The position numbers and the translations under genes were made by a program. Below are positions 37,590-49,207 of a stretch of 64,000 nucleotides of DNA, in pieces (position 1 is the first letter of the stretch; the number at the start of each line of letters is the position of its first letter). Location: NCBI GenBank assembly GCA_001600815.1, contig BCKZ01000004.1, forward strand, positions 1,329,566-1,393,565. The letters run 5' to 3'. The notes under the pieces were generated by a model. It was not told where the DNA came from and did no database searches. It was given only the letters and a program-made list of their open reading frames with translations. The DNA comes from Alloascoidea hylecoeti. Taxonomy: Eukaryota.

Positions 37590-39191
37590 ATGAAATCAAA
37601 TATTACTAGTAATAAAAAATCAAGTATTTGGTCTGATAATGAAGAAGTACTATCAATTGATCATAATTATAATGAAACACAAGGAAATATAAATATAAAT
37701 ACAGATATACAAACACCACAAGTTGTTGAATCTTTGACTCGCGAAATTCTAATAATTGTACTTTGTACAATAGCATCTTCAATATATGGTCTATCAACAG
37801 GTAGTTTTCAAATTGCTATCAAACATATATCTGATTTCTTCAATGTATCGGGAGGTCCACTAACGTGGATTGTAACTGGTCTCTCAATAGCTGATGCATC
37901 ATTTGTATTATTAAATGGTAAAGTATGTGATACTTTTGGAAGGAAAAGATGTCTCATTATTTCTTTAATCGCTTATACAATACTTGGTATTGCTGGTGGA
38001 TTTGCTACAAATTTCATTGCACTTAATATTCTACGTGCTTTACAAGGAGTTGCAATTTCTGCAACGGTTCCAGCATGTGGAGGAATTTTAGGGTCTTCTT
38101 ATCCTCCCGGTAAAAAACAAAATATTGCTTTATCTTTCTTTTCAGCATCATTACCAATTGGTATTGTATTAGGTTATGTTTTAGGAGGTATATGTGTTCA
38201 AATTTCAAATTGGAGAGCAATTATGTATTTTCTTGCAATATTATCATTTCTTGTGGCTGTTGGCTGTTATTATATAATACCTAATGATTCAGAAGAAATA
38301 ACTTGGAAAATAAGTAAAAGAAAAATTAAAGAAATGGATTTTATTGGAGCATTAATTGCAATTACAGGAATTATATTATTTGTATTTGCATTAACACAAG
38401 AAGGAACAGAAATAAAAGGATGGAAAACTCCATATATTATTATATTACTTATAATTGGTTTTGGATTAATTATTGGTTTTTGTTTTTATGAACAATATTT
38501 TCCAAAATATCCATTAATTCCAATGTTTGTTTGGAAAAATAAATCATTTTCAATTTGTATGTTAATTACATTTTTAAATTTTGCAATTTATGATGGTACT
38601 TTAGCGTATTATCAAACATTATATTTTGAAGAAATTAGAGGTGCAAGTCCAATAATGACAACTGCTTATATTTGTCCATTATGTATTGCTGGTGTTATTT
38701 GTAATATAATTGTTGCAAGTACATTACATTTAATTCCTGGAAAATTAATGATTTTTACTGGTTGTATTTGTTTTATTGGCGCTTCATGTTTATGGGCTTT
38801 TGCACCAATTGATATTATTTATTGGGCAATGCCATTTCCTGCAACGATTTTATTAGCAATTGGTGGAGATGTTTGTTACGCTGTTGTAAATGTTGTTGCA
38901 ATTACATCTGTTCCTGTTCATCTTCAATCAACAGTTACAGGAATTTTAAATACTGTTGGACAATTAGGTATATCATTAGGTCTTGCAATATCGTCAGCTA
39001 TTGTTTCTGCAATTTATCCTGAATATTCAAGTATTGAAGTTGGAATCATTGATAAAAATCATTTATTTAAGGCATTTAAAGGAGCGTTTTATTTTGCAAT
39101 TGGTTGTAGTGTCGTTTGTACTGTTTTGTCATTATTTTTACATGTTGGGAAACAAGATGGAAAACTTGAAACCCCAGAAGAAAAGGTATGA
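37590..39191 (+). CDS. MFS drug:H+ antiporter, DHA2 family (Atr1-like)
   Basis: 533 aa with many hydrophobic segments; GKVCDTFGRKR motif A, LRALQG, and a PLIP motif. Confidence 0.92.
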   Translation: MKSNITSNKKSSIWSDNEEVLSIDHNYNETQGNININTDIQTPQVVESLTREILIIVLCTIASSIYGLSTGSFQIAIKHISDFFNVSGGPLTWIVTGLSIADASFVLLNGKVCDTFGRKRCLIISLIAYTILGIAGGFATNFIALNILRALQGVAISATVPACGGILGSSYPPGKKQNIALSFFSASLPIGIVLGYVLGGICVQISNWRAIMYFLAILSFLVAVGCYYIIPNDSEEITWKISKRKIKEMDFIGALIAITGIILFVFALTQEGTEIKGWKTPYIIILLIIGFGLIIGFCFYEQYFPKYPLIPMFVWKNKSFSICMLITFLNFAIYDGTLAYYQTLYFEEIRGASPIMTTAYICPLCIAGVICNIIVASTLHLIPGKLMIFTGCICFIGASCLWAFAPIDIIYWAMPFPATILLAIGGDVCYAVVNVVAITSVPVHLQSTVTGILNTVGQLGISLGLAISSAIVSAIYPEYSSIEVGIIDKNHLFKAFKGAFYFAIGCSVVCTVLSLFLHVGKQDGKLETPEEKV

Positions 39192-39659
39192 TGTTATAAG
39201 TTTGTTTGTTAATACCTTTAAATTATTTATAAATTGCATAATACATAATTATAAGCCTAAGTGGTTAGGGCCACTGATCTCAAGATAGAGTCCTACTCAA
39301 TATTTTTCCACTCTTCTTAAACTTTATCCTATATTGGTGAGATTCATTTGTATGTGTAATTACAGTCCTGAAACCGCGTAAACACCAGTATACCTATCCT
39401 ATAAAAGTTTTCAAAACTTCAATTTCTACTTCTTTTACTTTATAGCACGCTTTGTCAAATTCCCATTAATATGAGTTTTAAAACATTTAGTGGTGCCGAT
39501 GCTAGTGCTTAAAATAATTTTTAAGAGTAATCTTAGTGCTATTCCAAATTTAGTTTTTTTCAATAAATTTTTGGCGGCCGGTATACTCAAACATTTTCTT
39601 TTTTCTAAATATTTTTTACTTTACTTTACTAGATGATGTAGTTCAAGGTAGTGAATCCT

Positions 39660-39959
39660 AATAAACCTAAGGACGAAACCAAAATATATCTACCATTGGT
39701 GTTTTTTTGGTCTCATCTCTAGGTTCACAGGAACGGTAGGATTAACATTAATTGCAACTCTTGCTGTATCCGAACCTTTAGTCATATTTAAGTAAGAGTC
39801 CATACCAGTAGAGGTCACAATATCAAGATTTATACGTTGACTTTTAGATCCAAGAAGGGATTGCTTTACGTCATGTTGAAACTTCATATAATTACATGTA
39901 TGTAGGCCTATAGATGAGTAGTTCAAGTTACCAATGCTATGTTTGAACCTGCTATCTAA
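39660..39959 (-). pseudogene. Totivirus Gag C-terminal fragment
   Basis: Open for about 90 codons: LDSRFKH...SQRINLDIVTSTG versus recalled L-A IERRARH...ASRINLDYVKPVSTG. Confidence 0.55.
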
Positions 39960-40288
39960 TATCTAGATCTAATTGCAATTAATTCCTAAGTCCCTTGGTT
40001 TGGCTTATTAATTACTGTTTATGTTGCAATTATATTTCATAAAAAAAACTATGTATGTATTCATACTATGCCAATTGGTGTATATTTCGAACTTGCCAAT
40101 ATAATCAATTGCAAGACCCATAGAATGGCATAGATTGATCATGATACAATGATAAATACAAACAAGTTAAATTACATTAATGCTAATACTATAAAATGCT
40201 TATGTCAATATTATATATAAGTTATATGCTACACTATTTTCATTCCCCTCGTTATAGGCTTATCCCAATTGAAACTCCTTTTATAAAA

Positions 40289-41842
40289 TTATAAATGTTT
40301 TAAATATTTTTTCTTTAATTCTTTTGAAAAATCAATAATAACAATATCACCATTCATTGCAGCAGTTGCTAATCTTTTTGAATCAGAACAAACTGATAAA
40401 ACAGGACTTGATTGTAAATTTTTATATTCTTTTAATAATTTTTGATTATCATTTAAATTCCAAATTTTTATTGTACAATCATAACTTGCAGAAATGATTT
40501 TATTATTATCATTTATACATAAATCTCGAACTAATGCTGTGTGACCGGATAAAACATTAATTATTTTATTTTTATTTAAATCCCAAACTGTTACTTTTTT
40601 ATTTTCACCAACTATTAAATATTGACCGTTATCACTTACTGTAACACATGCTAAACCACGGGCATGGCCTCTGAATTCTTGGAGTAATTCACCAGTTTCA
40701 ATGTTCCATGATCTTGCAACAGTATCTCCACCGGCGCTATAAATAATACCATCATGTATGCAAACTCTGTTAACAGGACCTCTATCTCTTTTGAAGCAAT
40801 GTTGTAAATTAAAGTGTGGTTGATTTTCAAGATTATCAAGGCTTGATTTCCAAACACCAATATAACCATCTCTATAACAACATGTAATATAATCATTGTA
40901 TAAAGCAACACCCAATACACCTAAATAATGATTTGTATTTGTTTGTCTTGGTAATATTAAACGTTCAATTGGTTTAAAATCAGGTAGTTTCCAAATTATA
41001 CAAGAACCATCACTTGAACCAGAAACCAAAAAATTATCATTAATATCCATACATAAAACACTACCATTATGAAATTGAAAATCAATATTTTTTGTTGATT
41101 CAATTAATTCCATTGTTGATAAAGTTCTTATAATAATTTCAGGATTTGGTTTACCTAAAACTCTTAAACATTTTAGTGAATCATTATCCCAAATTCTTAT
41201 AGTATGATCTCTTGAACCAGTTAAAATCCAATTTTTAAAAAATTTAATACAATAAGTTGTATCAAAATGACCAATTAAATTATATTTTTTAAAATTATCA
41301 TTTTTCCAATTTAATTGTAAAAGATAACGATTTTTATATAATTCAAACCATGAATCAATTTCTTTAACATTATAATATTTCCACGTTTTTTGTTGTTGAA
41401 ACATTGTTCTCCATACATAATCATTATCAATTATTTGTTTCCATGATTTAGAAATTCTTCTACAATTTAGTAAAGATTTTGGTGGCAAATCACAAAAGAT
41501 TTTTTCTGAGATTTCATTAGGTAAATAAGAAACAAAATCAATATTAATTGTGATGTTAAGATCTAAATTTGTTTGTAATGACATTTTGTCTACGTTTTTG
41601 TACTTGTGATTATCAATAATATTATCGTTTTTTCCAGGAGGAACAACATTTAAAGTCTTACTATTAATATTTCGATATGAATTAATGGTGTTTCTCAAAA
41701 CATTCATAACCCGGGTGATATAAGTATCATTTTGTACAGTTGATAAACTATTGTTTTTAATATTTTTGTTATTTAAATTTCTATTTTCTATGATTGGATC
41801 TGATTCGTCCGGATCCGAGTGGGAATCGCTGGTTGTTATCAT
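40289..41842 (-). CDS. F-box/WD40-repeat protein (SCF substrate adaptor)
   Basis: F-box DFVSYLPNEISEKIF followed by multiple GH...WD repeats. Confidence 0.93.
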   Translation of the reverse strand: MITTSDSHSDPDESDPIIENRNLNNKNIKNNSLSTVQNDTYITRVMNVLRNTINSYRNINSKTLNVVPPGKNDNIIDNHKYKNVDKMSLQTNLDLNITINIDFVSYLPNEISEKIFCDLPPKSLLNCRRISKSWKQIIDNDYVWRTMFQQQKTWKYYNVKEIDSWFELYKNRYLLQLNWKNDNFKKYNLIGHFDTTYCIKFFKNWILTGSRDHTIRIWDNDSLKCLRVLGKPNPEIIIRTLSTMELIESTKNIDFQFHNGSVLCMDINDNFLVSGSSDGSCIIWKLPDFKPIERLILPRQTNTNHYLGVLGVALYNDYITCCYRDGYIGVWKSSLDNLENQPHFNLQHCFKRDRGPVNRVCIHDGIIYSAGGDTVARSWNIETGELLQEFRGHARGLACVTVSDNGQYLIVGENKKVTVWDLNKNKIINVLSGHTALVRDLCINDNNKIISASYDCTIKIWNLNDNQKLLKEYKNLQSSPVLSVCSDSKRLATAAMNGDIVIIDFSKELKKKYLKHL

Positions 41843-41990
41843 TTTTAATACTAATGGTTTTGGAGTTTGGACATTATGATGAGGCTAGCATGATTTACCC
41901 GCCCTTGGCTGACAGTTTCTACTAGCTTAAGTTGTAAATAAACAAACAAAAACATCACTGGTAATAAACACATATTTTGGGAAGTAAACA

Positions 41991-44900
41991 ATGCTGGTCA
42001 GTCGATCTTATGGACGCAAATCAAAACATTCCAAGAAAAAGAGTACCTGGGCAAAACACACTTTTGAGGAATCTCAGTGGAATCAGCCTGAAAGTGACGA
42101 AGAAAGAGAACCGAATACTCCAGAATTAAGTTCTGCTTCGAGGTTTTCTGGAGCTCCGGAATCTTTTTCAAGTACAAATCGTTTGAAAGAAGTGAAAAAT
42201 GAAAAATTTTCGAGACCTGTTTCCGGAATTTCTGTTTCTTCATCAGCTTCTTCTAATTCTATACGAACCGTTATTATGAATAGATCTGGTGCTTTAACTA
42301 TGAGTTCCGATTCTTCTTCACCACTCCAAGAAAGTAAAAGGTCAACTTTTACCCCTTCCAGACGTTATTCTACTCAATCCTTTCAATCAAACGAAGATTC
42401 GCAAGGAACTGTTACGTCCAGACAAGGTTCCCGAAGAAATTCCTCAAATACTGCCAAAAATGCACGAATGCATTCTCATGATAACAGTTATAATGTAACA
42501 GGATCAGATTCTAATGATTCAATTATAATCAAAACTGATCACAAAAAGACTCCTTCAGGTTTTAGTTTTGGATTATCTACAAAATCTCCTTTAATACCTG
42601 TTGAATCTTCTTTTTTAACTACAAATGATATTCAAGAACGAAATGAAGGGAAACAAACAGGTAAAAATCGGCATGATAGTTATCTTTCACATTATTCGAG
42701 GCGCTCATATTCTGATTTTGCTCCTCATTTATCTGATACTCAACAACAAAGAATAATTCCTCAATCAACTCCGCCGAATTTGGATGATGATTATGATGAA
42801 CCCCATACGACTAAAAGTCGTACATATATTTCTGTTGATACTCCTTTACAAGAGGAACATCAATGGCCAATAGATTATCCAAAATATAAACAACATACAA
42901 AAACTAAGCCAAAATCAGTTATTATTGGTAAAGATGCTATTTCTGCACCTGTTATTGATCAACATAATCAACCAACTTCAATGATGCTTAATCATCAAGA
43001 AGTTCATTTACAAGATATTCATAAACTTAAAGCTCAAAGGTCAAATAGTAATTCTTCCTATGCATCTACTTCATCGGCTGTATCTAGAACACCATCTTCT
43101 GCTTCATCTAAACGTTTTTCAAGAATACGAAATTCCGGTTTTTTCTCATTCATGTCTCCTAAGAATTCTATTCCATCTACTCCTCATACAAATACAAATA
43201 TATACGATCGAACACCTTCTAAATCTGCTACTAAAAAAACTTCATCATCAGATATAAGAAAATCTTTTATGATGTTATCAAATTCTCCTTCATCATTATT
43301 TAGAATGCCTTATCATCGAGCAGATTCATCAACTTCATCGACATCATCATTTCAATATAATTCAATTTCAAAATCAAGACGTGAATCAGTAAATTCTCGT
43401 ACATCAATATCAAGTAGTATTGATAAATTAAATATATCATTACCTATACCAAATAATACATCAAGAGAAAAATTAAGAAATAAATTAAGAGCATCAGTAT
43501 CATTATTAAGTCTTGAATCTGAAAATTTAAATGATAAACTAATTACTGGAAATTTAGATAGTCATGATGAATATCAATTAAAAAAATTATTAAATTTGTG
43601 TGATTTTAATTATTGTATTGATTTTAAATCATATATTAATTCAAGAATTTCAAATAATAATAATAATAAATTAAAAAAATTAAATGAAGCAAGTTATTCA
43701 GAAGTTTTCATTGAAATACCAACAAATAAAAATAAACATATTATGAATGGAAATGTTTTAAAAATTATACCATTCGGTAATGAAGAATTAGAACAAAGCC
43801 CAATTTATGATATTATACATGAATTATCAATTGCAAAAACATTATCGAATACAAAAGGTTTTGTCAAATTAATTGGTGCACAAGTTGTTAAAGGTAATTA
43901 TCCTGATTATTTATTAAAATTATGGGATGATTTTAATCAATTAAATGGTAGTGAAAATTATAGACCTGATTTTTTTAAATCAAATCAATTATATTGTATA
44001 ATAATTTTAGAAAATTCAGGAATTGATTTAGAAAAATGGGATTTAAGAAGTTGGAATCAAGCAAAAAATATATTTTGGAATGTTGTTGAAATTTTAAAAA
44101 ATGCTGAAATTAATTGTGAATTTGAACATAGAGATTTACATTGGGGGAATCTTGTTTTAAAACCAAAACATGATCATAATAATGATAATGATGGCGTTAA
44201 ACATACTGGAATGATGTTAAATAAATTAAGTTTAAAAGAATTAGAAGATTTGAATTATATGGATTATAATGATTCTGAATATGATGATGTTAATGATACT
44301 GATGATGTTGATGTAACTTTAATTGATTTTACTTTATCAAGAGCAAGATGTTCTGGTGACGTTGTTTTTACAACTTTAGATCATCCTGATTTTTTCCGTG
44401 GTAAAGGTGATTATCAATTTGACATTTATAGATTTATGAGAAAGGAAATAAATGAAACTCATCAAAAGAATCATTATTTAAATCAAATTAATAATTCTAA
44501 ATCACCACAAGGTAGTATATCAACTAAAAATCGTGTTGGTACAAATGGGTTATATACAAATAATTCAGATGCAAGTTCAACTAGTTCAATTGGTTCAAAT
44601 GTTTCATCATATTCAAATGTTTCATCAATTATCAAAAAAAATAAAAATTCAGAATGGTCTGAATTTTGCCCCAAAACAAATATTTTATGGTTACATTATT
44701 TAATTGATAAATTATTAAATTCTAAAGGTTTAACAAAATTACATTCAACTCAATTACGTACAAGAAGAAGTATTGAAGCATTAAATAAACATTTTGCAAA
44801 TTTAAATAATTCAACTGAAGATGAAAAAAATGCTTTAGATGAATTAGAATTTATTTATAAATCAATTGATCCAAGAAGGAAAAAATTTGGAAATTCAAAA

Positions 44901-45050
44901 AACTTATTATGGAAGAAAAATAATTCAACAATAATTAATAATGGTGGTAGTTCAAATTTAATTAAGAATAAAATAAATGACACTTATTTTCAGGATTTTG
45001 AAAATGTTGGTGAAGTTTGGGAATGGGGGAAACATCATAAATTTTGTTAA
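41991..45050 (+). CDS. Haspin-family protein kinase (Alk1/Alk2-like)
   Basis: Long Ser-rich N-terminus; FEHRDLHWGN, LIDFTLSRA, GKGDYQFDIYRFM and PKTNILWLHYL. Confidence 0.93.
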   Translation: MLVSRSYGRKSKHSKKKSTWAKHTFEESQWNQPESDEEREPNTPELSSASRFSGAPESFSSTNRLKEVKNEKFSRPVSGISVSSSASSNSIRTVIMNRSGALTMSSDSSSPLQESKRSTFTPSRRYSTQSFQSNEDSQGTVTSRQGSRRNSSNTAKNARMHSHDNSYNVTGSDSNDSIIIKTDHKKTPSGFSFGLSTKSPLIPVESSFLTTNDIQERNEGKQTGKNRHDSYLSHYSRRSYSDFAPHLSDTQQQRIIPQSTPPNLDDDYDEPHTTKSRTYISVDTPLQEEHQWPIDYPKYKQHTKTKPKSVIIGKDAISAPVIDQHNQPTSMMLNHQEVHLQDIHKLKAQRSNSNSSYASTSSAVSRTPSSASSKRFSRIRNSGFFSFMSPKNSIPSTPHTNTNIYDRTPSKSATKKTSSSDIRKSFMMLSNSPSSLFRMPYHRADSSTSSTSSFQYNSISKSRRESVNSRTSISSSIDKLNISLPIPNNTSREKLRNKLRASVSLLSLESENLNDKLITGNLDSHDEYQLKKLLNLCDFNYCIDFKSYINSRISNNNNNKLKKLNEASYSEVFIEIPTNKNKHIMNGNVLKIIPFGNEELEQSPIYDIIHELSIAKTLSNTKGFVKLIGAQVVKGNYPDYLLKLWDDFNQLNGSENYRPDFFKSNQLYCIIILENSGIDLEKWDLRSWNQAKNIFWNVVEILKNAEINCEFEHRDLHWGNLVLKPKHDHNNDNDGVKHTGMMLNKLSLKELEDLNYMDYNDSEYDDVNDTDDVDVTLIDFTLSRARCSGDVVFTTLDHPDFFRGKGDYQFDIYRFMRKEINETHQKNHYLNQINNSKSPQGSISTKNRVGTNGLYTNNSDASSTSSIGSNVSSYSNVSSIIKKNKNSEWSEFCPKTNILWLHYLIDKLLNSKGLTKLHSTQLRTRRSIEALNKHFANLNNSTEDEKNALDELEFIYKSIDPRRKKFGNSKNLLWKKNNSTIINNGGSSNLIKNKINDTYFQDFENVGEVWEWGKHHKFC

Positions 45051-45930
45051 ACTGTTTCATTCATGATCATATTATAAAAAAAAAGACAATAATAATAATA
45101 AAAAGTTTAAGTTAAGGAATGTTTATTATTGTTTATTTATTTTTATGTTTGCTATTTAAAATTATACCATCATTCAGCTCATTTAAAAAATACATATATA
45201 GCTATAGATTATATTTTATATACATGTTTAAAGTAAGTCTACAATGTTATAATTATGACAAAATTGGTATAGATTTAAATTTTGTCTAAGATCTCCATTA
45301 TCTTGAAACATCCATACATACGCTACATCGACTTCAACCAAAAAGCAGTTGTAATCTTCAACAACCATTGACTCTTCAAACATCAGAAGAGGCTTGTGAA
45401 ATTATTTTTTTCCTTTCCTTAATTAATAGGATAGTATATATTAACTCTTTAACAATACATTTTTTGGTTTGTTATATTTATATAATTGGAAACTATAGAA
45501 CACAACAACGTGATTAAAAAATTAGAGATTTTCTTTGAATATAAAACAAATAATTTTAAAAATCGATATCTAGAATTAATCATTATCAAATAATTCAACA
45601 ACAATAAAAATTTAAATCGGTTTCGACAATATTTAAAGGGAGGTGAATTTTTTTTCTTTTGGTTATATTTTCATTTCAAAGATTTATAAAAATCAATATA
45701 TAAAAGATTAAAAAAGTAAACAACTACTTTAAATTTATTATTTGACACAAAGGATTTTTGATATAATTATTATAACAAATTGATAATTTTCTATTATTTG
45801 ACTCACTCAAAAAATTTTCAAAAAAACATCTAATTATTATACCTTGATTGATTTTCAGTTATAAACCGTTATTTTCAAAATATAAATAAGATAAGAAAGA
45901 TCTTTTTCCAGATAATCACTTCACTTCGTA

Positions 45931-46800
45931 ATGTCAAGAGGTACGCCTATTCAACAACAAGCAATATCAAATAACAACACAGAGATTTCATACGATGAGG
46001 AATCATTAGAGGAAGCTGATTCTTGGATCCGAGGATTTTGTTCTATGTTTGGTCATGAATATTTTGCTGAAATAGCACCAGAATTTATTGAAGATGATTT
46101 TAACCTTACAGGATTATCAATATTAGTACCATTTTATCGTGAAGCTTTAGATATGATATTAGATTTTGATCCAGATCCTCCGATAAAATTAGCAAATATG
46201 GCATATGTTGAACATTCAGCTGAATTATTATATGGTTTAATTCATGCTAGATTTATTTTAACAAAACCTGGTCTTCAAATAATGGCTGAAAAATATGAAT
46301 ATAAAAGATTTGGGGTATGTCCTCGTTATTATTGTGAAGGGATGCATTTACTACCAATAGGACAATATGATCAACCGGGATTAGAAACAGTAAGATTATA
46401 TTGTCCATGTTGTAGTGATATCTATTTACCAATAAGTTCAAGATATTTGAATATTGATGGTGCATGTTTCGGGACAAGTTTTCCTGGATTATTTTTACAA
46501 ATGTTTCCTGAAATTGAAAAACAGTGTGCACAGAGGAAATGGAAACATTTTGATTTAAAAATTTTTGGATTTAAAATTAATGAAAGAGCACCTAGTGGTC
46601 CTAGAATGAGATGGCTTCGGCAACGACCGGAAACGATGGATGAGAAATATGAATATGATGCATGCTCTACAGATTTACCCGATGAAGACTCAGATAGTGA
46701 TATGGATGATGAAGAGGAAGAAGAACAAGTGGAGGAGGGTGTTGATGAAGTGAAGCAGGATCAAAAGGATGGAAGTGAGAGTCTAATTAGCATAACCTAA
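45931..46800 (+). CDS. CKB1: Casein kinase II regulatory subunit beta
   Basis: GHEYF...FIEDDFNLTGL, LYGLIHARFILT, zinc finger CPRYYC...CPCC, IDGACFGTSF. Confidence 0.93.
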   Translation: MSRGTPIQQQAISNNNTEISYDEESLEEADSWIRGFCSMFGHEYFAEIAPEFIEDDFNLTGLSILVPFYREALDMILDFDPDPPIKLANMAYVEHSAELLYGLIHARFILTKPGLQIMAEKYEYKRFGVCPRYYCEGMHLLPIGQYDQPGLETVRLYCPCCSDIYLPISSRYLNIDGACFGTSFPGLFLQMFPEIEKQCAQRKWKHFDLKIFGFKINERAPSGPRMRWLRQRPETMDEKYEYDACSTDLPDEDSDSDMDDEEEEEQVEEGVDEVKQDQKDGSESLISIT

Positions 46801-47767
46801 GAAGAACAGGTTTAATTTTTTACTACTAATAACTCTATAGCTAGTATTAGAATTTATATACACATTGAATGTAATTATAAGGTATTTTTTGCCATTATAC
46901 CGATATAAGTTGGAATCGTAGCTAATTATTTATTAACTATAGAGTTATCGTCAGTCGTCAAATCTCCCAGGGAGTACCAGTATAAGCGTATAAAGTAAAC
47001 TACATGCTGTCTAAAAAGCAAATACATACCAAGTGAGGGTTTTATAGACGGATATTTGTATTCTTCAACTTCACAAGGTTTCACTAATATTTATCAAACA
47101 AACCCAAAGATCAAGAATGCTTAATACAAATTCAATTATTCAAACATGTTTGGTAACAAAATTTTATATAATGATATCTAAGCATATATATTTCCAATTG
47201 ATAGTTATAATCTTGGTATTTGTATACCTTCTAATTTAAATATACGAATGTCAGATCTAAACGTTAGAAACTTTTAATTGTTATACTATAGTTTTTCTGA
47301 TATGCATTTGATTGATTGGTTACATACTGATGATATCTTATTCATTAAACCATTATATTCTGGATTATAAACCAGAGTATCTAATATTAAGTTGAAATTT
47401 TAGAAATTCATAGCAAAGTTCAAGATATGAGAAGAATTTAGATTGTGGAATAGGTAATTAAGTTCATATTCATATCATATGGGATGTCAAACTTGATAAT
47501 TTCGTTATCGATATCTAATGTAGATCTATATCTGGTTGCTGCTGTTAAATGATATTACTAGTTTCCATTTATAAATTAAACCTTGGTATTCCCTTCACAA
47601 TATAATCATCTATATCCTACCTACGATTTTAATACAGGCCTTTATTGATGGAATAGTTTTAATTCTAATATTTATTATAGTAACAGGCAATCTATCCGTA
47701 CCCATGATATGATATATATAGCTAGAGCCAATTAATTTTAAATGAAGTTTTCAATTGGTTAATAATA

Positions 47768-48661
47768 TTAATGAATCATCGTAATATTAGAATTTCCAGT
47801 ATATCTGTTAATAGTTATTTGTAAGCATTCTTTTATATCTGAGTTTACAATTAAAGAAACAACCATTTTGCAAATTGCGATCAATAAACACCCCAAGAAC
47901 GAGGCTGAAATAACTAGAACAGTACCTCCGAAATCTGGAATTCCTATATATTGTTTAATTATCGTGTATAAGTATTCGATAAAGTTGGGTAAATGAAATT
48001 TTAATACATGAACTGGATATTGTGATAGAATAATAACAGCTTTTTTATTTTCTTCATACCCATCAGCAGATTTGATTATTCCCCTTATTGTTCTCAGTTC
48101 CACAGCGTTATAATCACTTTTCTCTGTTGTAATTGCCAAACATGTGTTTTGTGAATTAACGTTAGAATCATTATTAATTTCAATACCTAGAACTTGTTTT
48201 AAGGCCTTCATTATAGACATTCTTGGGCTTTTCTCACCTGTTCGCGGAGTGAAGATGTGCGTTAATCTCAAAAACATTTCAATCGAAACAAATATTCTTT
48301 GTATTTTTTTCAGTATCATCTCTTTCTTTCTAATTAAAAAATTTGAAGATTCATTATGTTGAGTCTTAAGTTTACCTTGTTGTTTAATTACTCTTTCTGG
48401 AATGTTTTGGTGACATTTGCAATTGTGATTGTGAACACCAATTGAATTAACCTTTATATCTTTAGATTTGGACCCCACAAGAATAGATTCCTTCAAATGT
48501 TTAACCATTTGAAATAGTTTTAACTTATTTTGTTCTTTTCGAAAATTTGCTCCTAGCGTTGCCACTTGATATATAAAGGATGGCTGAAATATATTAAATG
48601 GTACACCGGCAACTGATTGCTGTAATTTTATGTGTTTGTGTTTGTGTTTTGCAATTGGCAT
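47768..48661 (-). CDS. Hypothetical protein with a C-terminal hydrophobic segment
   Basis: 297-aa ATG-initiated ORF in AT-rich DNA. No motif recognised. Confidence 0.5.
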   Translation of the reverse strand: MPIAKHKHKHIKLQQSVAGVPFNIFQPSFIYQVATLGANFRKEQNKLKLFQMVKHLKESILVGSKSKDIKVNSIGVHNHNCKCHQNIPERVIKQQGKLKTQHNESSNFLIRKKEMILKKIQRIFVSIEMFLRLTHIFTPRTGEKSPRMSIMKALKQVLGIEINNDSNVNSQNTCLAITTEKSDYNAVELRTIRGIIKSADGYEENKKAVIILSQYPVHVLKFHLPNFIEYLYTIIKQYIGIPDFGGTVLVISASFLGCLLIAICKMVVSLIVNSDIKECLQITINRYTGNSNITMIH

Positions 48662-49207
48662 CTCTATTTCGTGGATCTTAACTAAAAGATTAGATTTGTA
48701 CCGTTGCCACTGTGGTTGGGATTAAACTTGAATAAAATTGTAACTTGAAGAAAAAAGCCGATGAAAAGACTAAATAAGAAAGTATGAATATAAAAAGATC
48801 TGTAATTTAGGATAAATATGTGAACTGAATCTATGGACGTTATATTACTAGCGCTATTTATTTAAGTTCCCTGTACAATCTATAGTTATAGATCCAGATA
48901 ATTGGCGGTATAACAAATTGAAAGCACTATAGCTGAGAATCAAAGAAATGAGGAATGAAAGGTACTAGTAATTAACTTGCGAGAATTATAGGGGAAAAAT
49001 ATTTTGTATTATAGTAAGTGAATATCTAAAAAATCATTAATTGAACTTCGTTAAGATATATACATCCGCTAATAGATTACCTTTTTTTTCGCAGAAAACC
49101 CTCAAAAATTCCCCGGATCTGAGTGTAAATTCATATATCGTAAAAAAATGTCCTAATTTGAGTCGTAATGAATACAATTGTAATTGCAAATTAATTAAAG
49201 AGTAACA

